A stretch of DNA of 64,000 nucleotides, from positions 16,835 to 80,834 of the forward strand of contig JBOHUD010000100.1 of the NCBI GenBank assembly GCA_050734155.1, written 5' to 3'. The DNA comes from Candidatus Dormibacteria bacterium (GTDB taxonomy: Bacteria > Chloroflexota > Dormibacteria > Aeolococcales > Aeolococcaceae). The notes under the pieces were generated by a model. It made no database searches. It was not told the DNA's origin and saw only the letters and a program-made list of their open reading frames with translations. The translations under genes were made by a program, and so were the position numbers. Of this stretch, positions 25,224-33,000 are shown in pieces (within the stretch, counting starts at the first letter, position 1; each line of letters starts with the position of its first letter).

Positions 25224-25927
25224 TGGCCTCCCAGCCCCGCAGAGCCGTGCTCACCCTGGCAACGGTCGTCTTCGCCGCCGCCGTGGTGGCGGTGCCGATC
25301 GCCCGGACCCATGCGGCGCTCTCGGACTTCGCCGTACTGCACTCGTCCGCGAGCGCTGCGGTGTGGGGACCGAAGGACAACGACTCGCAGGACAACGACT
25401 CGCAGGACAACGATGCGCAAGACAACGACGAGAACAGCGAGAGCGATCACCAGGGCATCCAGAACCAGCAGAGCACGATCCACAGCCCCCAGGCCGAGAC
25501 CGCAGCGCCGTTGGTGCCGGTCGGCACCACCGCCGGAGGCCCTGGCGGGTCCGGCGACTGCCTCACGGTGCCCACCGGGCTCGCCTCCAGCGCCGCCGCG
25601 CCGCTGCAGAGCTGGCCGCTGACGCTGCTGGTGATGTATGCCGGCACCAACCCGCTGGCCACCAGCGGCTTCACCGGCTCCAACGGTGTGAAGGCCACCC
25701 CGCCGGCGCTCAGCGTCGATGGCACGGTGACCCCCGGCGCCCACCCCACCAGCCTCACCAGCAGCGCTGACCCGGCCCACAGCAACGGGCTGACGCTCTC
25801 GTACACGGTTCCCACCGCGCTCCACGACGGCAGGCTGCACGTGCTGACCATCACGGCCTTCGAGGACGACCACAGCACCCCGCAGGCCTGCACCGCCACC
25901 TTCTACGTGTCCTCGGTGGGGCCGTGA
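25223..25927 (+). CDS. secreted protein with SipW-type signal (..THAALSDFA..) and acidic DND(S/A)Q repeat (fibre-locus accessory protein)
   Basis: TGATG overlap with sipW copy 2. VVFAAAVVAVPIARTHAALSDFAVL mirrors the AAFSD motif of the tasA-like gene. It is followed by DNDSQDNDSQDNDAQDNDENSESD and a Thr/Ser/Pro/Gly-rich beta-type domain. Confidence 0.7.
   Translation: MASQPRRAVLTLATVVFAAAVVAVPIARTHAALSDFAVLHSSASAAVWGPKDNDSQDNDSQDNDAQDNDENSESDHQGIQNQQSTIHSPQAETAAPLVPVGTTAGGPGGSGDCLTVPTGLASSAAAPLQSWPLTLLVMYAGTNPLATSGFTGSNGVKATPPALSVDGTVTPGAHPTSLTSSADPAHSNGLTLSYTVPTALHDGRLHVLTITAFEDDHSTPQACTATFYVSSVGP
25376..25435 (+). repeat. four tandem 15-nt units (GACAACGACTCGCAG x2 perfect, then two diverged units) inside the CDS
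   Basis: Read directly: gacaacgactcgcag gacaacgactcgcag gacaacgatgcgcaa gacaacgacgagaac, encoding DNDSQ DNDSQ DNDAQ DNDEN. Confidence 0.9.
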
Positions 25928-26661
25928 CCCGCTCGTCCCGCAGGCTGCTCGCCGCCGTCGCCGGGCTGTTCCTGGTGGTCGGCCTCTCCGCCGGCCTGGC
26001 GACGCGGGTGAACGCCGTCGCCAGCAGCAGCGCTCTGCTCCTCCATGTGCCCGGCGATCCGGCGGGCTGGACGGCAGCCCCGACCCACCCCGTCCTCAAC
26101 TTCTCCCGCCTGGCCCCGGGCGGCAGCGTATCGGGTGAGGTGGATGTGCAGAACACCAGCACCCAGGCGGCTTCGCTGCAACTGGGGGCGCTGGGCGTGC
26201 ACAGCGACAAGAACTGCGTCGCCGGAGGGCCGGCCGGTGTCGGTCCATGCGGCGCCGGCAATGGGTCACTCGACCGGCTCCTGGTCTTCACCGTACGGCT
26301 CGCCTCGGCATCGACACCGCTGTGGACGGGCTCCATCCTCGACCTCGAGAAGGGAGTGCCGATCACCTCCTCCATGGCCGGGCCATCGGCGCTGGCGCTG
26401 GTCCTCGGAGCGTCGCTCCCGACCAATGTCGGCAACGTTGCCGAGGAGGACTCGCTCTCCTTCGGATTGCGCATGACCCTGACCGAGGCCGGCGGCGCCA
26501 CCGCGACGGGTGTGCTGGGCATCACCACGCCGCCGGTGCCCTTCACCGGCGCGCTGCTGCTCCCGTCGATCCTCCTCGCCGTGGGGGTGATGTCCGCGGG
26601 GGCGCTGCTGATCCTGTTCGCAACCGAGCGCCGCGGCCGGCGCCAGACGGCGAGCCTCTGA
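25924..26661 (+). CDS. TasA-like secreted protein with C-terminal sorting-signal-like anchor (VPFTG-TM-RRGRR)
   Basis: GTGA overlap with the upstream gene. Signal ...LSAGLATRVNAVAS. NFSRLAPGGSVSGEVDVQNTS and EEDSLSFGLRMTLTEA echo the TasA N- and C-terminal motifs. It ends TTPPVPFTGALLLPSILLAVGVMSAGALLILFATERRGRRQTASL. Confidence 0.72.
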   Translation: MTRSSRRLLAAVAGLFLVVGLSAGLATRVNAVASSSALLLHVPGDPAGWTAAPTHPVLNFSRLAPGGSVSGEVDVQNTSTQAASLQLGALGVHSDKNCVAGGPAGVGPCGAGNGSLDRLLVFTVRLASASTPLWTGSILDLEKGVPITSSMAGPSALALVLGASLPTNVGNVAEEDSLSFGLRMTLTEAGGATATGVLGITTPPVPFTGALLLPSILLAVGVMSAGALLILFATERRGRRQTASL

Positions 26662-27017
26662 GCTCAGCCGCCTATGATGGATCGCGTTGGCGCTCACGCG
26701 GACATGGAAGGGCACGGTGACCAAGCCGGATCAGCCAGACGATCCCATCGCTGAGGAGAGCAGGCGCGCCCGCCAGGACGCCGACCGGAGCCTGCTGCCC
26801 TCCAACGACGGGCTCGGACCGGGCGCAGGCGAGACCCCGGTGGCTGTGGTGACCGCGGGGCGATCCCGTCGCCAGCGCAAGGCCCCCGACGTCACCGCCA
26901 CTCCGAGCCTGGGTGCACCCCCTCGCCGACCGGCTCGACCGGACTTCCGCTCCAGTCAGCTCGACGGTGCGCCGGACGAGACGGAGCCCGACCAGCCCGA
27001 CCAGACGGACTGACCGG

Positions 27018-27458
27018 TCAGGCCTCGCCCTCGCGGCTGTCCTCGGGGCCCGTCGCGGCGGCGGCCGCTTTGGCGAAGCGCAGCGCCGCGGAGTTGATGC
27101 AGTAGCGCTGCCCGGTGGGGGCGGGGCCGTCGTCGAACACGTGGCCGAGGTGTCCACCGCAGCGGGCGCAGCGCACCTCGGTGCGCGGGATGATCATCTT
27201 GAAGTCGCGGTGCTCCTCGATGAGCTGGGGGTCGGCGGGAGCGGTGAAGCTGGGCCAGCCGCTGCCGGACTCGTACTTGGTCTCCGAGTCGAAGAGTTGA
27301 GCCCCGCAGCCGGCGCAGAGGTACTGGCCGGCAGCCTTGACGTGCGCGTACTGGCCGCTGTTGGCTCGCTCGGTCGCGCCGCGTCGGAGCACGGCGTACT
27401 GCTCGGGGGTGAGCAGCTCACGCCATTCCCGGTCTGACCTGGTGATTCGCTCGGGCAT
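27018..27458 (-). CDS. msrB: peptide-methionine (R)-S-oxide reductase
   Basis: GQYLCAGCGAQLFDSETKYESGSGWPSF...RTEVRCARCGGHLGHVFDDGP shows the MsrB CxxC zinc pairs and catalytic motif. Confidence 0.92.
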   Translation of the reverse strand: MPERITRSDREWRELLTPEQYAVLRRGATERANSGQYAHVKAAGQYLCAGCGAQLFDSETKYESGSGWPSFTAPADPQLIEEHRDFKMIIPRTEVRCARCGGHLGHVFDDGPAPTGQRYCINSAALRFAKAAAAATGPEDSREGEA

Positions 27459-27506
27459 GATGACACCGTAGCCGATCGCGGCTCGCCACCGCCTCGTGGC
27501 GCGGCC

Positions 27507-28727
27507 TCAGGCGCCCGAGCCTCGCCACTGGGGGCGGCGCCAGGATTCGACGGCGAACGATGTCCGGACCGCCTCGCGGATCTCCGCCTCGACGATGACG
27601 TCGGCGCCGGTGAGGGCCAGCGCGGCCGCCCCGCGCAGCATCACTTCGTGCGCCGCCTCGGTGGCCGCCGCCTCGCGGAATTCATGAGTGTGGCAGGGCA
27701 CCCCCTCCTCGGTGATCGCCACCTCGGGGTGGATCGTGGGGCAGGCGTATGAGAGATCCCCCACGTCGGTCGAGCCGACCCGCTCCCACGGCCCGGCCAC
27801 CATCGGCGCCAGCCCCAGCGCCTCGAGGTGCCGGTGGCCGCGCTCGGCGAGGACGGCGTTGGAGCGCAGGTCCTTGTACGTCTCCTCCTTGACCAGCTCG
27901 ACCGTGCAGCCGGTGGCGCTGGCGGCCGCCTCGAAGATGGCCCGGAAGCGAACGTTCATCAGGTCGAGGTAGGCGGCGTCGCGTGCCCGGGTGAGGAACT
28001 CGCCGCTGCTGCGCTCGGGGATGACGTTGGGCGCCGTCCCGCCCTCGGCGATGAAGCCGTGCACCCGGGCGCCGTCCTTCAACTGCTGGCGCCACAACGA
28101 GATGCCGGCGTAGGCGTGCACGAAGGCGTCGAGCGCGTTGAGCCCCTTGTCGGGATCGCCGGCAGCGTGGGAGGCGCGTCCTGTGAACGCCCACTTCCAG
28201 TGCGTGCAGGCCAGCGCCCACATCACCGCCATGGTCCTGTCGGTGGGATGGAGGATGAGCGCCGCGTCGCAGTCGTCGAAGACACCGTCGTTCACCAGCG
28301 GGATCTTGCCCCCGCCCCCCTCCTCCGCGGGGCTGCCCACCACGCGGACCTGTCCCGCGATGCTGGCATCGCGCAGTGCGTGCAACAGAGAGATCCCGGC
28401 GGCAGCGGACGCGGTGCCGATGAGGTTGTGGCCGCAGGCGTGGCCGAGACCGCGGAGCGCGTCGTACTCGCACACGAAGGCCACCCGCGGGCCATCCGCA
28501 CCGCTGCCGGCGTCGGCGATGAACGCGGTGGGCATGCCGCAGACCTCGCGGCGCACCTCGAACCCCTGCGACTTGAGCAGGCCGCACAGGGTGGCGCAGG
28601 CGCGCGTCTCCTCGAACGCCGTCTCCGGATGCGAGTGGATGTCGAGGGAGACGTGGCGCAGCTCGGTGCGCTGCTCGCGGAGGATCTCCTGGATGCGGGT
28701 GGCGACCGAATCGGTGGCGACAGACAT
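27507..28727 (-). CDS. M20-family amidohydrolase (AbgB / aminoacylase-like)
   Basis: ATG at 28727 follows AGGAGGTAG. DIHSHPETAFEE...EYDALRGLGHACGHNLIG...GSPAEEGGGGK...HAAGDPDKGLNALDA...TDVGDLS... is the typical M20D metal-ligand pattern. The upstream part of track ORF 27507..29339 is discarded. Confidence 0.85.
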   Translation of the reverse strand: MSVATDSVATRIQEILREQRTELRHVSLDIHSHPETAFEETRACATLCGLLKSQGFEVRREVCGMPTAFIADAGSGADGPRVAFVCEYDALRGLGHACGHNLIGTASAAAGISLLHALRDASIAGQVRVVGSPAEEGGGGKIPLVNDGVFDDCDAALILHPTDRTMAVMWALACTHWKWAFTGRASHAAGDPDKGLNALDAFVHAYAGISLWRQQLKDGARVHGFIAEGGTAPNVIPERSSGEFLTRARDAAYLDLMNVRFRAIFEAAASATGCTVELVKEETYKDLRSNAVLAERGHRHLEALGLAPMVAGPWERVGSTDVGDLSYACPTIHPEVAITEEGVPCHTHEFREAAATEAAHEVMLRGAAALALTGADVIVEAEIREAVRTSFAVESWRRPQWRGSGA

Positions 28728-28731
28728 CTGA

Positions 28732-29757
28732 CTACCTCCTGGGACGGCCGTATTGTGGCGCCGCGGCCGATCTCTTGGCTGCCCGCTGTGGGTAGCGCTG
28801 CGCACCGCGGCGCAGGGTGGCGGCGACGTGCTCGCGCAGCGACGGCGGAGCGATGACCTCGACGGATCCACCCCAGCCGAGCACCCATGGGCGCATCTCC
28901 ACCTCGCTGGCGACGGCGATGCGCGCCTCGATGGTGCCGTCGTCGCGCTCGGTGATGGCGGCGCCGCGATGCCAGAGCGCCTCGCGCGCGCGCTCGGCGA
29001 TGGCCGCGTCGAAGCGCAGCACCACGTCGTCCTGGCCGGGCGCCTGCCAGATCCCCCACGAGCCGCTGACCACGGCGTCGATGTCGAAGTCGTCGGGGAC
29101 CGTGAACGACTGGGTGAGCAGCCGCGCCTCGCGCACCCGGTCGAGCCGGAAGGGGCGCACCTCCGAGGACAGCTCGTCGTGGGCGAAGATGTACAGGGTG
29201 CGGCTCTCGGCGCGCGGCTCCAGGAAATAGGGGCGGAGAACGCGGTTCGTCTGCCTGCCCTCGGCATCGCGGTAGGTGACCTGCACGCACTGCCGGCGCA
29301 CGAAGCCGTCGACGATGGCGCGCTCCACATCGTGGCCACCGGCGCGCGCGGGGCGGCGCTCTGCGGCGGCGATCAGGCCCTGCAGATAGCGAGTCACCAC
29401 CGGCACGCTGAGAGCGCGCGCCAGCTGCGCCAGCGCTCCGATCAACGCCGGTTCCTGCTCGGAGCGCATCTGTTGCATGGTCCGCACCGCGAGCAGCAGC
29501 TGGGTCGCCTGGTGGTGGTCCAGCTGCATGGCCGGCAGGCGGCTGCCCGAGCCGATGCGGAAGCGCCCCTCCACCTCCTCGATGTCGATGCCGGCGCTGT
29601 CGCGCAGCGTGCTGATGTAGCGCTGCACCGTGCGCGTGGTGACCTCGAGCTGGTCGGCGAGCTGGCGCGTGGTCACGCCCGCCTGGGTGTCGGAGAGACG
29701 CTGGAAGAGCTGGATGACGCGGAGGAACTTCTCACCGCTCTCGTAGCGCTGGCTCAT
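28732..29757 (-). CDS. HTH-WYL-WCX transcriptional regulator (YafY/PafBC-like)
   Basis: MSQRYESGEKFLRVIQLFQRLSDTQAGVTTRQLADQLEVTTRTVQRYISTLRD (HTH_11/DeoR-like). The central part ...VQVTYRDAEGRQTNRVLRPYFLEPRAESRTLYIFAHDELSSEVRPFRLDRV is a WYL domain, followed by a C-terminal WCX-like domain. Start is the ATG at 29757. Confidence 0.82.
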   Translation of the reverse strand: MSQRYESGEKFLRVIQLFQRLSDTQAGVTTRQLADQLEVTTRTVQRYISTLRDSAGIDIEEVEGRFRIGSGSRLPAMQLDHHQATQLLLAVRTMQQMRSEQEPALIGALAQLARALSVPVVTRYLQGLIAAAERRPARAGGHDVERAIVDGFVRRQCVQVTYRDAEGRQTNRVLRPYFLEPRAESRTLYIFAHDELSSEVRPFRLDRVREARLLTQSFTVPDDFDIDAVVSGSWGIWQAPGQDDVVLRFDAAIAERAREALWHRGAAITERDDGTIEARIAVASEVEMRPWVLGWGGSVEVIAPPSLREHVAATLRRGAQRYPQRAAKRSAAAPQYGRPRR

Positions 29758-29783
29758 GTGTGCCCGACCATACGTGACCCTGC

Positions 29784-29803
29784 GGCGACAGGCTGCTGTC
29801 GCC
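29784..29803. promoter_or_regulatory. perfect inverted repeat GGCGACAG-gctg-CTGTCGCC in the WYL-regulator/lhr divergent spacer
   Basis: Read directly. It lies 27 nt upstream of the WYL regulator start and about 295 nt upstream of the lhr start. Confidence 0.35.
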
Positions 29804-30097
29804 GCCGCCCCGCATGTTCCAGCGCATGGCCACGCCAGCATCGCCGCCGATCGACCGGCCTCCGCCCGGGCACTACCAGGGAAGGCTCTGCGCCGTGCTC
29901 CGCCGGATTCCCGCGGGGGACCTGCAGCCATCGTCGCCGTGGCGGACGCTGGTCGCGCCCCGCCGGCTGACGGCGCGGGTGCCGCGGCGCCGCACCGGTC
30001 AGCTCGCGCTCCCGCTCGGGCCCCAGGGCGCACGACGTTGACCGGGCTGCCCCATGGGTCGAGCCGGTCACACAGGCGGGTGCGGGATCATGTCGCC

Positions 30098-33000
30098 GTG
30101 GAGTCGCTGAGCCTCTTCTCACCAGCCGCGCGGCGGTGGTTCGGCGACGCCCTCGGCGAGCCCACCGAGGTGCAGACCCGGGGGTGGCCGGAGATCGCCG
30201 CCCGGCGCCACGCGCTGCTCTGCGCGCCCACCGGCAGCGGCAAGACCCTGGCGGCGTTCCTGTGGTTCGTGGACAGCCTGGGACACTCGGAGCCGCCGGA
30301 GGAGCGTGGGCGCTGCCGGGTGCTCTACATCTCGCCGCTCAAGGCGCTCACCGTGGACGTCGAGCGCAACCTGCGTGCCCCGCTGCGCGGCATCGCGCTG
30401 GAGGCGGAGCGCCGTGGCGAGCGGTTCCGCGAGGCGCGCACCGCGGTGCGCAGCGGGGACACGGCCTCGGCCGAGCGGCGGGACATGGTCCGCCACCCTC
30501 CCGACATCCTCATAACCACTCCGGAGTCGCTGTTCCTCCTGCTCACCAGCGCGGCCCGCGAGATCCTCCGGGGGGTGACCACCGTCATCGTCGACGAGAT
30601 CCATGCGCTGGCCGGCACCAAGCGCGGCGCCCATCTCGCGCTCAGCCTGGAACGGCTCTGTGCCCTGACCGGCTCCGACCCGCAGCGGATTGGCCTCTCG
30701 GCGACGCAGCGCCCGCTCAGCGAGGTGGCCCGCTTCCTGGGCGGCGGTGGCCGCGAGGTGGCCATCGTCGACGCCGGCGTCCGCAAGCCCATGGAGCTGA
30801 CAATCGAGGTGCCGGTCGACGACATGGCCGACCTCGACGCCGGCGCCGGGCGCGGTGGCGACGGGTCCACCCCGCACCTGCCCCGCCACAGCATCTGGCC
30901 GGCGATCGCCCCCCGGCTGCTGGAGCTGATCCGAGCCCACCGCTCCACCATCGTCTTCGTCAACTCGCGGCGCCTGGCGGAGCGACTCTGCGGGCAGATC
31001 AACGACCTCGCCGGCCTGGAGCTGGTGCGCGCCCACCACGGCTCCATCGCCCGCGAGCAGCGAACCGCCGCCGAGGAGATGCTCAAGGAGGGCCGCCTGC
31101 CCGCCATCGTGGCCACCTCGTCGCTGGAGCTGGGCATCGACATGGGCGCGGTCGACCTCGTCGTCCAGGTGGGCTCGCCGGGGACCGTGGCCTCCGGCCT
31201 GCAGCGCATCGGCCGCGCCGGGCACAGCGTCGGGGTGGCATCGCGCGGCACCATCTTCCCGACCCACCGCGGCGACCTCGTCGAGGCCGCGGCCATCGCC
31301 GAGCGGATGGCGGACGGGGCGATCGAGGAGACACGGGTGCCCCGCAACCCTCTCGACGTGCTCGCCCAGCAGATCGTCGCCATGGCCGCGCTCGACACCT
31401 GGGACGTGGCCGAGCTGCGCCGCACCGTGCAGCGCGCCCACCCCTTCGCAGACCTCGGCGAGCGCGCCTTCGAGGCCACTCTCGACATGCTCGACGGCCG
31501 CTACCCGTCCGAGCAGTTCGCCGAGCTCCGTGCCCGGATCGTCTGGGACAGGGTGGCGGGGAATGTGCGCGGCCGGGCCGGCGCCCAGCGGCTGGCGGTG
31601 ACCAGCGGGGGCACCATCCCCGACCGTGGCCTGTACAGCGTCAACATCTTCGACGATGGCCGCCGCGTCGGCGAGCTCGACGAGGAGATGGTCTACGAGC
31701 TCCGTCCCGGGGAGGTGTTCATCCTCGGCGCCACCAGCTGGCGCTGCGTGGAGATCACCCCGCAGCAGGTGCTGGTGCTGCCGGCGCCGGGGGAACCCGG
31801 CAGGATCGCCTTCTGGCACGGGGACTCGGTGGGGCGCCCCTACGAGGTCGGGGTGGCGGTGGGGGCGATGGTCCGCGAGCTGGTGGGCAGCGCGCCGGCC
31901 GCCGCCATGGCCCGGCTGCGAACCCGTGCCGGCCTCGACGAACGGGCGGTGCGCAACCTCCTCGACCACCTCGCCGACCAGGCCCAGGCCACCGGGGCTG
32001 TGCCCGACGACCGCACCATCGTGGTGGAGCGATTCCGCGACCAGCTCGGCGACTGGCGCCTCTGCGTGCTCACCCCCTTCGGGGCCCGCGTGCACGCGCC
32101 CTGGTCGCTGGTGGCGGCGCAGCGGCTGCGTGACGAGGTGGGCTCGGACGTGCAGGCGATCCACAGCGATGACGGCTTCGCGCTGCGCATCGCCGACGTC
32201 GACTCACCGCCCGACAGCGCCGGCCTGTTCCTCGACCCCGACGCCGTCGTCGACGCGGTCACCGAGCAGCTCCTGGGCAGCTCGCTGTTCGCCTCGCGCT
32301 TCCGCGAGAACGCCGCCCGCGCGCTTCTGCTGCCCCGCCGCCGTCCCGGTCAGCGCACCCCCCTGTGGCAGCAGCGCCAGCGCAGCGCAGGCCTTCTCCA
32401 GGTGGTGTCACGCCATCCCTCGTTCCCGATCCTGGTGGAGACCTACCGCGAATGCCTGCGCGACGTCTTCGACCTCGACGCTGTGGCCGCGGTGATGCGT
32501 GCGGTGCGCGCCCGCCAGATCCGGGTCGTCGAGGTGGAGACCGCGCAACCGTCGCCGGTGGCCTCCTCGCTGCTCTTCGAGTACATCGCCCAGTACATGT
32601 ACGACGGCGACACACCGCTCGCCGAGCGTCGCGCCCATGCGCTGAGCCTCGACCGCGAGCTGCTCGCCGAGCTGCTCGGCAGCGACGACCTGCGCGAGCT
32701 GCTCGACGCCGACGCCATCGACGCCACCGAGCTCGAGCTGCAGCGGCTCGACCCCGCCTTCCCTCCCCGTGACCCCGACTCGGCGCTCGACATCCTCCGC
32801 GGAGTCGGCGACCTGACGGCGGTGGAGGCGTCGGCTCGGGGGATCGCGCCCGAGTGGCTCGAGGAGCTGGCGATGGCGCGCCGGGTGCTGCGGGTTCGCC
32901 TCGCCGGCGAGGAGCGCTTCATCGCCGCCGACGACGCCGGCCGCTACCGCGATGCGTTCGGCGTGGCCCTGCCCGCCGGGCTGGCCGCGGCCCACGTGGC

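Noticed and set aside
25376-25435. Tandem repeat considered as a possible CRISPR-like or minisatellite array
   Set aside because: The units are 15 nt, contiguous with no spacers, in frame inside a CDS, and encode DNDSQ repeats. It is not a CRISPR array.
26687-27013. 108-aa ORF (TTG start) after the fibre locus: MALTRTWKGTVTKPDQPDDPIAEESRR...DETEPDQPDQTD
   Set aside because: It is entirely low-complexity and disordered, with no RBS or motif. It might be a real acidic protein, but I cannot support it; confidence is about 0.2, so it is not listed as a feature.
29796-29825. PafBC-type RecA-NDp promoter motif upstream of lhr
   Set aside because: TGTCGCCG-n8-CATGTT matches only part of the remembered consensus (TGTCGGTG-n8-TAnnnT). 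The -10 part fails and the distance to lhr is about 280 nt.
28728-30033. N-terminal extensions of the track ORFs 27507..29339 and 28732..30033 (and similarly 48194..50275, 52305..54608, 54119..56146, 55977..57527, 57714..59210, 47840..50077, 34470..36533)
   Set aside because: The extensions read through the upstream neighbouring genes in a different frame. Each real gene has an internal start with an RBS and/or start-stop coupling where the recognisable domain begins, so I trimmed them.
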